From Podarcis pityusensis (taxonomy: Eukaryota), in assembly GCA_964106645.2 (NCBI GenBank), contig OZ067038.1: a stretch of 64,000 bases of DNA, one strand, 5' to 3'. Made by a program: the position numbers and the translations under genes. This document shows, in pieces, positions 23,892-36,349 of this stretch (positions are counted from its first letter, which is position 1; each line of letters opens with the position of its first letter). A model generated the notes under the pieces. That model saw only the letters and a program-made list of their open reading frames with translations, had not been told where the DNA came from and did no database searches.

Positions 23892-25566
23892 CGTTATGAG
23901 TCTTTTAAAATAGCAGTGCTTAAAAGATAATAAAAGGTAGTAGAAATAGAAATACAACTGGATGTGAGCTGGCGGAAAACCAGTAAGTCGAAGGCTGCTT
24001 CCAAGGCTGCCGGAGAATGCAATTATCTGCTCATTAAAGCTGATTTACGATGCAGGCTTTACAGTTATTAGCAATGTGAACTCCTGGCATGGGCTCCAAC
24101 ACCCTGATACAATCTTCAGCAAAAACTTGAAAGGCTGGGAGCCACAGCACAAATTTTAGGGAGGATTCGAGATGAACTCCGGCAAATGCGTCTTACCTCG
24201 TCGCCATCTTCTTTTTTCATCTACGGGAGTCTTTCCCAGTGCATACCTGGAGATGCTAGAGATTGAATATGAGACCTTACACATACAAATCAATTGCTCT
24301 AAAACCCTTCCCTTGTGCTGTAATAGTACAAGAGTAACAAGAAACCTCAGTGAAAGATTCTGCCACTGAACATACCAGACTAGTAACAACGCACACCAAT
24401 GAAAATTACCAAATAGATTTCCTATGGTATCTGCAAAGATCCTGATCTTGCTCTATGCTGTTTCCTGCCGCTGATTTATAGGTGAAGTGGGAATTGTAAT
24501 CTGCATGGTTCGTTTAAGTATGAAACCCAAAGAGTATGTTTAACACACAGTATGACTTGATCTTTTAATGTGGTTTACAGAAAATGTAGTGAGACAGTAT
24601 CCCTGTTTTAACTATTGCTTTTGGAGGATAAGCAGCTAGAATGTTCAGGGAAATAGCAGACTCACTAGACTTGAATCAAAGTTGCTAAATGGTTGACTAC
24701 AACAAAGGGAAAGGCATTTTCTAGCTTGGAACAAGAATGTCACTAAATAATCTATGTACCAGACACAAGTGCCAATTTATCCCCGCGACTGTGGGTGCCT
24801 GGGGCTGTGGGTGCCATGCATGGCCCTGGCACCAAAATTTGTGGGTGCCCAGCCCCTTCATGGGGAATGTTGGGCATCCAGGGCCATAGAGAGTTGGCAC
24901 ATTAGAAGATTAAGTCAGCACAGGGAAATAATTTCTCTTTCAGAAATTAGATGTTTCAAAGATGGAGCATTTGAGATCAGATTCTATCCAGCAAGCAGGA
25001 AATAGCTGAGAATTATATAGTGGCAGAAGAAAGCTTAAATTAATGATCATGAACTGATTGAGATCAGCAAAGTGAAGTTAGCTGAACAGGGACAATGAAC
25101 TTCAAAAGACTTAAACAAACTGAAAAAATGAAGTCTGTGACCATGACCAGAATTACAAAAGCATGGCCTTGACCAGAAAAATGTGTTAAAATCCTTGAGA
25201 ACCTCTTGTTTCCTTTATGACTCGCATTATGTTTGGTTTACCATTTGTTCTTAATTTGTGTTTGAAAGTCATCGTGATGAAGTCCAGTTTTAAGCATGGC
25301 TTTTGAAAAACTGAAACCAGTTGACATACAAAGAGAAAAACATCAGAGTTAGAAAAACTGCCAAACAACTAGTAGCGTATGAAGGTTTGAGTTTGGGTTT
25401 GTAGAAGGTAGGACCACCCCCAATTTAGAGAAGAGTCAAGCATATAAAACAAGGAATACCAGGTGGTAATTTCATAGAGATTAGCTGGCATGTTGCCATT
25501 TCCCCTTGGATTATTTATTTTATTATTCTTTTGTACACCACTGTTTTGCAGCTAACAGTGAGGATA

Positions 25567-25927
25567 AAGGTAAAGGTACCCCTGCCCGTACGGGCCAGTC
25601 ATGACCGACTCTGGGGTTGCGTGCTCATCTCGCTTAAGAGGCCAGGAGCCAGCGCTGTCCGAAGACACTTCCAGGTCACGTGGCCAGCATGACGAAGCTG
25701 CTCTGGCGAGCCAGCACCAGCGCAGCACACAGAAATGCTGTTACCTTCCCGCTATAAAGCGGTACCTATTTATCTACTTGCACTTAGGGGTGCTTTCAAA
25801 CTGCTAGGTGGGCAGGAGCTGGGACTGAACGACGGGAGCTCACCCCGCCGCGGGGATTCGAACCGCCGACCATACGATCGGCAAGCCCTAGGCGCTGAGG
25901 TTTTACCCATAGCGCCACCCGCGTCCC
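25567..25927 (-). mobile_element. Full-length Sauria SINE
   Basis: 5' GGGACGCGGGTGGCGCT head, B-box GGTTCGAATCCC, (ACCTTT)n tail, 14-bp TSD TAACAGTGAGGATA at 25553-25566 and 25928-25941. Confidence 0.95.
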
Positions 25928-26343
25928 TAACAGTGAGGATAGCTAACAAATAATAAAGCACAATAAAAATACTAAAAATAGCAAAATTCCAGCAATCAGA
26001 CTAAAACATGTCACAGTATAAAAACAAAGCAATTAAATCAGTAGTTCAATCACACACACACACAAATAGACAACCTAATTTTGCTTCAAAAACCTGGAGA
26101 AACAAGGAAGATTTTGCCCAGCACCGAAGAGTAAAAAAGAAGAAGGCTTAAAGTAGATCTCCTTTAAAGTGTTTTTCCACACTCATGTTGCAACTACAGA
26201 AGAAGGCCTTCTCCCTGATAGCTACAGGTGGGATATCCTCCAGAGACGGGCTTTCGCAGAAGGTATAGAAGGTATAGTGGAATATAGCTCGGCTACATTC
26301 TGCTCAGAATGGTCACCCACTGCTGACAACCCAGTAGCAACTG

Positions 26344-26968
26344 TGTTATGAACCAGCTGACTGTTCCAAGCATGTGTAGCCCCAGGATAGCAGGACCTAA
26401 TTTCCTGGACTCACTGAGCAGACGGTTTGGTTTGTGGGCGGCTCGTGGGCCGGTTAAATGACCCCCGTGGGCTGCTTGTGGCCCATGGGCCTTAGGTTGC
26501 CGACCTCTGTGTTATCAGAATCACAAAGCCCCAGGCAGGAAAAGCCATCTCCAGAGTGGAATGCAACCCAGCCTGAACAAGTAAACTGTGCCAGCCATGT
26601 TTTAACAACAAAAGGATATGTAAATACTTTCTTTAGCCTGTGTGAGACAGGTGTGGGGACGTGTGATTGACAAGGGCGTGTCTGAATTTTCTTTCTGACA
26701 CCACTCCTCTTCTGTGACATATCTGTGAGGTTTTGATGACACTGTTGGAAATGTATTATGGGAAATTATGGGAACTTTTAAAACTTCATGTAACCGTTGT
26801 TCTGGGCTGCTGCTTCTTTGCTTGCCTTAGAGGTTGGGACCTTTGGTGCAACAAATAAAGATCAGGCCTATTGGCCACTGATTTGCTTCTTCATTACTTG
26901 GCTGAAGCCTCTTGTTTTCTGACTGATCCAAAATCCTCAGGACTAGACTATAGCGAAGTTGGGAAACA
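26344..26968 (+). mobile_element. Possible solo LTR containing a hAT-MITE fragment (~26435-26508)
   Basis: TGTTATG start, AATAAAG at ~26853, ...AAACA end. No TSD identified. Confidence 0.35.
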
Positions 26969-27973
26969 CTTTAAGCAGTGTACCCCAAGGGGTTTTTTTT
27001 GTCCTTTTCACACTTTAACACCAAAATTAAGCAGGAAAGCTTTTCCTGGGCTATACCATTCCAGTCTACAGATGGGATGGGGGGCAGCATCTTGGGATGC
27101 TTCTCTAAACCTTTCTGATACACAGAGTAATAGAATGTCAGGCTAGCCTCCCGTGGTTGGGGGGGGGGGAATCCCCCCAAGAGGAAGCAATCCTGCACTT
27201 CACATCTAAAGTGAATACAGTTAAGTGAAAGCCATGTCGCTTGATTCTTCTGATGAACTGGATAAATCATCCTGCCGGTTGGGGGTTGGAATGGGACACT
27301 AGCATTAATACAATTATATACCAACAAATGCATTCAAGGGGGTCGCAGACACTGTGAGAGAAACGAGACATTGCAAGCTGAGGAAGGAGGCAAAACATGA
27401 ATACAAATTCTAGTCCAGAAAGATGCTTCTCCTAAAAGGCAATTAGCCTCAACAGCTTTATTAAAATAGCAATAAATATAAAATGCCAATAATATGGACA
27501 AGCCAAATCAAAGCCCCAGTGTGACGACCTTCCTAAATGCATTTAATTCCTTCCTTTTTTTAATCACCTTGAATCACCTTCTGAATGCATGCAAGAGAAA
27601 TGCATGACTTTGCATTAAGTTAAAACTTTCCCTCGGGACATCTGAGTAATGAATGGGAAGGCTCTCTTCATTCGGCTCCTTTCCCCATAAATCAGCTGAG
27701 AGATTATTTCTCTCTTTTTTTCTTTACTCTGTCTTGCTGGCCAGAGGCACCTCTGTGATTGATAGCACTGACTGGCACTTGTGCTTTTTCTAGTTACAAT
27801 GTGCAGCTCCTATGACTGTGCACAATGTTCACTCTTGTCTATTTGACAGCAAGTGCTGAATGGGGAGAAAACAGGTAGCCTGCACTCACATTTTCATAAT
27901 TGCAAATGGGTGGAAGTTAACTAAGTCTTACTCAGAGTGGACCCACTGATTTTTATGAACATGACTAAGTTAG

Positions 27974-28467
27974 TGTAATGATGTCTGGCAGGCAAGCAAG
28001 TCCCGATAAGAAGTAATGACTCTCCAGCAGTTTTGTGTACATTTATTTTCAACAAAACACATTCTCGCCTCCTCGCATTGATGATAGTTGGTCAGTCTGA
28101 ATCTTCACCCCTCCCACAGCAGGAAGGACGCCAAACTCCCACCTTTCCCCTCTTGACCTTCTGCTGCCCTCTGATCTTGTCCAGTCTCCTAGAACGGGGA
28201 CTGAGAGGCTGGCCTTCGCCCTCCCCACTTTCACTTGACACAGTCTCAGACCTCTGCTTATCTGCTGATTGCCTAGCAACTCTCTGGCTGCCTTCTAACC
28301 CTCCTGCTTCTTGAGAGCTAACAGTGTCTTCTTTGGGAAGGGGGGTCAAACTGCCCTTTCTCGGCTCTGTCAGCCAGCTCTCATTTACAGAGTCAGTCCC
28401 TCTTTCACTTAGCTCAGTTTCTGAGTCTGACTCTTCCCCTGCGCTCTGGTGAGCCACATTCCTGACA
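27974..28467 (-). mobile_element. Solo LTR
   Basis: TG...CA termini with 5-bp TSD GTTAG (27969-27973 and 28468-28472); related copy at 50600 on the + strand. Confidence 0.8.
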
Positions 28468-28565
28468 GTTAGGGCCTTTAATTTCACTTTGTCTACTCTG
28501 AGTAAAATGTAGCTTCATACCACGCAATGATTTGAAGGCTGCACTCCTATACTCACTTACCTGGA

Positions 28566-28567
<2 letters not shown>

Positions 28568-28596
<29 letters not shown>
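28568..28596. repeat. (GT)n microsatellite inside a short inverted repeat
   Basis: TATACTCACTTACCTGGAAAGT ... ACTTTCCAGGTAAGTGGGTATA flank the repeat. Confidence 0.85.
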
Positions 28597-28598
<2 letters not shown>

Positions 28599-28927
28599 AC
28601 ACATACTTTCCAGGTAAGTGGGTATACACACACACGATTGTTCTATTAGGCTCTATGTTAACTAACTTATTATCTATCCTGTCGCAGCTCAGGGCAATAA
28701 AGTATTTTAAAGCATACAAACGCAACCAAAAACTTTGATTGAATAGCTATTGTGACTCAGTAGTTTAGTTGTGTCAGTTCTTCGCTCTCAGATTACATCC
28801 AAGCAGACCAAGGGTTCAAATTCCACCATTCCTCTAATGTTGGCAGCCAGCACAGGCATCTGCATCTCACAAAATGTTTGGTGGAGTCAGTAGTAGGCAT
28901 CATGCATTCACTTTCTGCAACCATTTG

Positions 28928-30288
28928 TGTTATGTACTGAAGTTCTCACCCTGGGCCAGCAGAGGGACACTGTAGATAGTTATGCAAATAAGGGATCGAA
29001 AGTGACGTTCACTGATTGGATAGTTTTAGAAAATTGTTACAGTTACGTTGTACTGGAGCTCTATATAAGCAGGCTGACTGAATCCTTAGAATCATAGAAT
29101 AGAATCATAGAATCATAGAGTTGGAAGAGACCACAAGGTACATCGAGTCCAACACCCTGCCAAGCAGGAAACACCATCAGAGCACTCCTGACATATGGCT
29201 GTCAAGCCTCTGCTTAAAGACCTCCAAAGAAGGAGACTCCACCACACTCCTTGGCAGCAAATTCCACTGTCGAACAGCTCTTACTGTCAGGAAGTTCTTC
29301 CTAATGTTTAGGTGGAATCTTCTTTCTTGTAGTTTGGATCCATTGCTCCGTGTCCGCTTCTCTGGAGCAGCAGAAAACAACCTTTCTCCCTCCTCTATGT
29401 GACATCCTTTTATATATTTGAACATGGCTATCATATCACCCCTTAACCTCCTCTTCTCCAGGCTAAACATGCCCAGCTCCCTTAGCCGTTCCTCATAAGG
29501 CATCGTTTCCAGGCCTTTGACCATTTTGGTTGCCCTCCTCTGGACACGTTCCAGTTTGTCAGTGTCCTTCTTGAACTGTGGTGCCCAGAACTGGACACAG
29601 TACTCCAGGTGAGGTCTGACCAGAGTAGAATACAGTGGCACTATTACTTCCCTTGATCTAGATGCTATACTCCTATTGATGCAGCCCAGAATTGCATTGG
29701 CTTTTTTAGCTGCCGCGTCACACTGTTGGCTCATGTCAAGTTTGTGGTCAACCAAGACTCCTAGATCCTTTTCACATGTACTGCTCTCAAGCCAGGTGTC
29801 CCCCATCTTGTATTTGTGCCTCTCATTTTTTTTGCCCAAGTGCAATACTTTACATTTCTCCCTGTTAAAATTCATCTTGTTTGTTTTGGCCCAGTTCTCT
29901 AATCTGTCAAGGTCGTTTTGAAGTGTGATCCTGTCCTCTGGGGTGTTAGCCACCCCTCCCAATTTGGTGTCATCTGCAAATTTGATCAGGATGCCCTTGA
30001 GTCCATCATCCAAGTCGTTGATAAAGATGTTGAATAAGACCGGGCCCAAGACAGAACCCTGTGGCACCCCACTAGTCACTCTTCTCCAGGATGAAGAGGA
30101 ACCATTGATGAGCACCCTTTGGGTTCGGTCAGTCAGCCAGTTACAAATCCACTGAGTGGTAGCATAGTCAAGACTGCATTTTACCAGCTTCTTTACAAGA
30201 ATTGTTCAGTTCTGTCCTGGCCTGTGAATAAACAAGAGCTGTTTGAAGAATCGCTGTGTTGTCTGATATGTTCACTCACAACTTAACA
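28928..30288 (+). mobile_element. Solo LTR split by a CR1 insertion
   Basis: TGTTATG...TTAACA termini; octamer ATGCAAAT 28982, TGACGT 29003, ATTGG 29015, TATATAA 29062, AATAAA 30227. No matching TSD found. Confidence 0.65.
29087..30202 (-). mobile_element. Young 5'-truncated CR1 LINE with intact RT C-terminal ORF (29177-30115)
   Basis: [20 protein letters not shown]...FADDTKLG...[15 protein letters not shown], 312 aa uninterrupted; (ATTCTATG)n tail. Confidence 0.96.
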
Positions 30289-31504
30289 GGCCCCACTTGA
30301 CACAATGACCAGGACCCCTCCCCCCAAGTTAACTAGGCTGGCGTACCACATTTTAAATTTCATTCTGAAAACTCAGTACGCTAAAGAATTTTATTTCATT
30401 TTTAAAAGGGATGAGGAAGGGATGTATGTAGGAAGACACTCTTGGGAAATTTCCCAATGCTCCAGATATTTTGGATGTGTGCAAAAGCAGGGTTCAAATC
30501 CCAACTCAGCCATGAAGTCCACTGGGTGACCTTGGGCCAGTTCCTCTCTTTCTCTCAGCCCAACACAGAGTAACACATGAAACCGGTCCATTCAGTTCCG
30601 TATTGTCTACACCACTGGTCTTCAGCTGGTGGGTTGGCACCCACTAACATGCTGCAGCCCCATCCAAGGTGGGTTGCAACCAGAGAGCTACCACCCTGCC
30701 AATATATGGGAAAAGATTAAGAAATGGGTCCCCAAATGCATGTATGATTCAAAGTAGGTCCTGGGTCTTCAAAGGCTGAAGATACTTGGTTTGCGCTGAT
30801 TGGCAGCAGCCCTCCAAGACTTCAGGCAGGATCTCTCCCAGTCCCACCAGGAGATGCTGGGGACTGAACCTGATGCCTTCTGCATGCTAAGCAGTTGTTC
30901 TACCACTGAGCTATGGCCCTAGCTCACCATATTGCTGTCCGGATAAAATGGAGAAGGTGGAGGCTGAAGTGTGTGTGCTCTGTGGAGGAAAGGTGGGATA
31001 GAAGTGTAAGAAGGAATAAAGTATGTCAACTAGCCTAGAAGTGAATCAACTACAGTATATTTTTATCTTACCCTCCTAATAATTTGTATATAAATTATAA
31101 AAGTGGTATATAAATTTTGTTAAATGAAAAAGAGGAAATGTTCAGACTTTCAAACAGTGTATTATGCCTGAGCCTTCATTGCTGAAACTCCCAACAGCAT
31201 TTTCATGCTCACAAACACCTGATGAAGGAACCATTGTGACATAACCCATTCAAGGAGATATAAGGGGCAACAGGCTGTCAACAGTGGCAGTAGTTGGGAG
31301 CTCCCAGCTATTAAAAAGCCACAGGAAGTCTTTTCGTACTGCCTGAGGAATTAATCCCTTATTTAACGTTCAGAATTGCTGGATCGATTTAACAGGACTG
31401 GAACTAACATTTGCTTGGATTTGGCACCATTGATAGGGAACTGCCTGCTGCGTCCTCCGCTTTGAAGTCACCCTGGTCTTTGGGCCTCCAGCACTTTCTT
31501 CAGC

Positions 31505-31822
31505 ATGTCCAACCCATCTAAGAGGCGTATGATAATGGTGTTCCACTGGGTTAGGAAGAAGCCCCTGACAGAGAAGCCGTGCTCTACCACCTCGGCCAGA
31601 CCTTCTGCCTCTGCACCGGCTTGCAACACTCCTCACATTTCACCCTACTTCACGAGGAGCAAGACACAACCCGCTCTGCTCAGGAGGTCCAGCAGGCGCA
31701 AGGTGCCGCGATTGCCGAATCTCACCGACCCCAAGTTTTTAAGATCTGTCATTGGCAGCGTTGGCCGGAAGAGAGCCCGCAGGCGTGGCAAGCCAAAGAA
31801 GACTCCGAGACTTCCAGTTTAA
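31505..31822 (+). CDS. Putative single-exon small basic (K/R-rich) protein, unknown function
   Basis: ATG with A at -3; 105 aa with ~28 K/R versus 2 acidic residues; upstream TATTAAAAA (31309) and TGACATAA (31237); locally raised CpG; no TE motif recognised. Confidence 0.4.
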   Translation: MSNPSKRRMIMVFHWVRKKPLTEKPCSTTSARPSASAPACNTPHISPYFTRSKTQPALLRRSSRRKVPRLPNLTDPKFLRSVIGSVGRKRARRRGKPKKTPRLPV

Positions 31823-32069
31823 CCGCGGACATCATAGAAGCGCGGAAAAACCTCTCTGAGGCTTTCTGAGCGGCGCGGGGGCTCTGAGGGTGGCGCAAGG
31901 GCACTGCGCACCTCCAAACCTCAAGGGGATCATCCTTGGGGGACAGGGGCACCCAGCGGCGCCACGGCTGCTCCCCTGTTTTCTCTGTTTTTTTAAAGGC
32001 CCGAGAGCGGGACGGAGTGGCAGGCGCGAAAGGGGAAGCACCACCACCCCCGCGCTGTGCTGTCTCTAG

Positions 32070-32250
32070 AAATGTATAGAAATGAAGAAGAAACTGTAAG
32101 AGAAGATGTATATTAAGAAAACCGCAACTGGGAAGGAAGGAAGTCGAGGCGTGATTTTAAGCAATGTAAATAAGATGATATTAAGAATGATTGTAAAGAC
32201 TGTTTTATTTTGTTTGTGGGAAAATTCAATAAAAAATATTATAAAAACAA
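32070..32250 (+). mobile_element. L1 3'-terminal fragment
   Basis: GGGAAGGAAGGAAGTC...AAAATTCAATAAAAAATATTATAAAAA, typical lizard L1 3'UTR and tail. Confidence 0.65.
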
Positions 32251-33166
32251 AACAAAAGAAGACTCCAGCGGGAACAGGAAAAGGGGTGAGGGCTAGGCTA
32301 GAGGCAAGAAGGCTCCAAAGCTATTTGCGGGGTGGGATTGCTTTGGAAGATGCCTTCTTACAATCTCTCCCCTTGAACCACGTAAGGACATAAGAGATGC
32401 CTGCTGGATGAGGCCACATTGGCCTGTCTAGTCCAGCATCCTGTTCTCACAATGCCCAACCAGAGGCCTGTGGAAACAAGAGCGTTTTGTATTCCCTTCC
32501 TATACTTTCCATCAACTACTATTCACAAACGTTACTGCCACTGACTGTGGAGGTAGAGCATAGCCATTGTGCCTAGTGGCCGTTGATAGCCTTCTCCTGC
32601 ATAAAACCATCCAAGTTGGTGGCCGTCACAGCTTTCTGTGGGATTGAGCTTCCAGAGGGGTAGCTGAGCATGCCTGCTGCAGCAAAAACAGGCATTAAAA
32701 GCACATTTCTCCCAAAGAAACTTAACAATTTTAGGCCAAAGGCAGGAGTGGACTTTGGTAATATGGTGCTCTGAGCAAGGACAGAATTTGGCACACCCAC
32801 CCACCCATAATATTTCTTATTTGTAAATAAAGGTTTAATTTTTATTTTGTGCCCCCTTGGCTGGCTGCCCGGTGCAAGGGACCCGCCAGAGGTGAAGCAG
32901 GGAACTGTACCTTCAATAAGAATGTAAGACAAGTCCCACTGAATGAGGCTGGCTAATTCAGCATCCTGTTTCCCACAATGGCCAACCAAATGCCTGCAGA
33001 AAAAGCCCACAAGCCAGATGTTTACCCCCCCCCCCGCCACTAGTATGCAAAGGTACACCAGCAGGTTGAATGGTTTTCAGAGAACTTGCAGTTACCAAGG
33101 CACTGGACTTAAATGAGCTCTCAGCAGGCCTTGCAGAGCCAGGCAGAGGCCCCGGCCAGGTAGATA

Positions 33167-34000
33167 CAGTGGTGCCTCACAAGATGAAATTAATTCATTC
33201 CGCAAATTTTTTCGTCTAGCGAATTTTTCGTCTTGCGAAGCACGAAATCGCATAGGAATCCATTGAAAATCAATTAATGCGTTCCTATGGTCAAAAAAAG
33301 TCCAAACAAAGCCAAATTTGGTACAACAAGAGTTTATTAAGTGCTCTTTAAAGTCACACATACTGTAAAGAGCATTTCAAAATTAAAACCCAGAATTTTT
33401 TTAAAAAAACAGCAGAGTTGCCCAATGGTCACAGAAAATCATAAAAATGCAGGAAAAAAAACAAGCTTCCAGATTCTTGCAAACCCCTCCCCAACTGTTC
33501 CCCCAGCCACCCAGCACACAGAAATTCAAATCCAGAATTTTTTTAAAAAAACAGCAGAGTGGCCCAATGGTCACAGAAAATCATAAAAATGCAGGGGGGA
33601 AAAACAAGCTTCCAGATTCTTGCAAACCCCTCCCCAACACTAAGTCCTTGAATTCCAAACACCCCAACCCAAAATCCAAAACCCCCCAAAAAAGTTTTAA
33701 AAGCTTAACTTACCAAATGGCTGCAAAAGAAGTTTTGGAAAAGCTTCAAAAATCACCAAAGTCTTTAAAAACCTCAAAAAAGGCTACTATGTACACTGCG
33801 TTCTATGAGTTGCTCCTTGAAGTCAAGTCACAACTGTATTAACGGTGTTAAGAAAAAGGAAACAAACTTGCAAGACGTTTTCGTCTTGCGAAGCAAGCCC
33901 ATAGGGAAATTCGTCTTGCGAAGCAGCTCAAAAAACGGAAAACCCTTTCGTCTAGCGAGTTTTCCGTCTTGTGAGGCATTCGTCTTGCGGGGCACCACTG
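33167..34000. mobile_element. Tigger/pogo-type non-autonomous element (long form)
   Basis: TA|CAGTGGTGCCTCACAAGATGAA...TTCGTCTTGCGGGGCACCACTG|TA; internal ~100-bp tandem duplication (~33390-33490 and ~33532-33635). Confidence 0.9.
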
Positions 34001-36349
34001 TAATGTGCCCGCCTTTTTTCTTTACCCTGGGGATAACTGAAGTCTTATAAATAAGTAAGTATATAAATAATTTTCACAAAAGTTTCATTTCAAGGCTTGA
34101 ACTGTATCCGCATATAAAGACAAAACTGAAAATATAGATATACAATTGTGAATATGCTGACCGAGGCCCCCTTTGGAATCGGAGGCCCGGGCCACGTGGC
34201 CCATATGGCCCCCCCCCCCCCCGGGCCTGGCTCTCAGTGATATGGGACAGGAGCCAAACTGTCACATCTGACAACAAATGCAGCTAAAGTACATAATGTG
34301 GGATTTCACTCCTGGTAATTCTGCCATGGTGAGAGGTTGCTCTTTTCTATATAGATTCCCAGTTGTCTCATGCAGTTTATCAGTCCTGTTCTGAAGCCTC
34401 ACCCACACAGCACTCCAAGCTCACTAGTGGAGATGGATACACCAGCTCCTCAAACGGTGCATCAAAATATCCACAAGGCTAATTGTCATTTTACAAGGAA
34501 GGTGATGGTCTTTGTCTGCTTCCTTAATATTTCTAATTCTCTAAAAAAAATTATCAGCTGCGTTTCATGAAGCAGAGGAATATATTATTTGTGGGAAAGG
34601 ATATCACATGGACTTTGCTCTCAGAGTTTTATCAAGATAATGAAGTCAATTTGCACAGAGGAAAAGAAAAGAGGAAGAGAGGTGTGGAGGAAGAGCAGAT
34701 AGGGCCAAATATCTTTAAGATCAGCAAAATGGCACGTATTCATTATACTAGGGCAGAAAGGGGGCGAAATCTGCCAATTCTGCATAAGGGGGCATTCAAA
34801 TAGTAAAGAAAATAAAGGATATTTGTTAACCAAGCTGCTGTGATACTGCATTCTGTTTTTTAAAGCACTGCAGGATGTCTGCCGAGGAAAAGGAATCAGA
34901 AAAAGGAGGAGGTAATTACTGGCTTCACAATATTGGAAGATTTCAAAGAGCCTTAGCAGGGTTGGGATTGCCAAGGAAACCTGTTCCTGGCTGCACAGAC
35001 AGAGCTCCTGCAAAACTAAGCAGAGAGTAGCTGCATGTTTATTTCACTTGGAACAAAACCAGTAAAACACCAAGTATGTTTTATATCATGTGTGTTAAAA
35101 ACACAAAGGCCCTGAAACACTTGCTAAGGCACCCTTGTAACTGTGACTCTTATTGTCCTAAGAACAGTCGTTTACAGATCTTAACTAGACAGTCTATAAA
35201 AGTCTGGTTCCATTTTATGGAAAGCTTGAATAAGTCAGAACCAGGTCCCAATAAGGCCAGGGAATGTTTCATATTCAACCACATTTTTTGCATGAACAAC
35301 TGACTTCCCTACTATCTCAGAAATATACCTAAAGTTAACACAAAATGGATTCATAAACTGCAGTAATTTCTGACTCTCTTGCTCCAGTTAAAGCTTTATG
35401 ATGAATAGTCACTGCATACATATTTTTAAATCTTCAGGTTAAGAGAAGAGTTAAGCTACTTACAAGTTCACTTACATTCTGCAGGGCATGGAAATTGAAA
35501 TTTAAGGCAAATTACAAACATAATTTGGCCTTAGTACCTTAGCACCTCAACCATCTATCTTTAAAGCAACTTATGTGGGAGGAAATTTCATTTTCTCTAT
35601 GACTGAAAACAAGTTGGCTATGACTTTATTTATCATAGGAGAATTAGCTGTGAAGTCCTAGTTCAATTTTCTTCTCAGACATAAAATTCTCATTTCATAA
35701 TTCCCCAATTATGGCTGCTATGTTGGTTACTGTGGGATACATTTAACATTACATTAATTGTCACAGGCTGTATGATTCCATTTCAAGGCCATTTGGCTCC
35801 ACTGTTTCCAGTTCTTCCCCCCATACCTGCCAGCTAAGAAATGACATTTTATTTATCTGATAGAGTCTAGTCAGTATAACAAAGGTTGTGGTAAACCTGT
35901 TAGCCTTAAAGTGCCACAAGACTCCTGCCTGTTGTTCTTAATAAACAGACAAATGAGATTACCACTCTGGAAGCTGAGTCAGTGTGGTCTGATAACTAGC
36001 GTGGCAAAAAAGGGAGAACATGGAATTGCGTTTCACTTAATTCTGTCCATGAAGCTGCAGTGCAAATATGGATAAATGTACTTTCAATGTGGCCATTTTT
36101 TATTACAACTGAAGTGGGTATTAATACTTAATACATTATATTAAGATCACACTATAAATACATGAATACAGGTCATAAACAAAAAGAAGGCAACTGTTGT
36201 CTTCATATGTGATGCTTTGGGGTAAACAAAAGCAGCCAACCCCCACCCCCAAACCTAAAAAAAGTATTCATTGTGTTCTCTTTTTATTGCACTCTAAGCC
36301 AAAATGTTCAATTAATTAATTAATTAATTATTAATTCATAATGTGTGAA

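Larger units (their letters stand above)
18558..24219 (-). mobile_element. Full-length non-LTR retrotransposon, RTEX (RTE-X)-like clade
   Basis: 11-bp TSD TCTACGGGAGT (18547-18557 and 24220-24230), 3' AATAAA plus (TTA)n tail, two uninterrupted ORFs. Inserted into a SINE remnant that resumes at ~24231. Confidence 0.92.

Noticed and set aside
23892-23957. ORF-track N-terminal extension MYFYFYYLL... of ORF1
   Set aside because: Starts at TTG in an AT-rich UTR tract; the ATG at 23891 has a good Kozak context.
28092-28487. 131-aa acidic/basic ORF (and similar at 50599-50972)
   Set aside because: Lies within a TSD-flanked solo LTR and is frameshifted between copies.
34567-34803. 78-aa ORF with natural-looking composition
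   Set aside because: No motif, promoter or splice support; may be an old LINE remnant.
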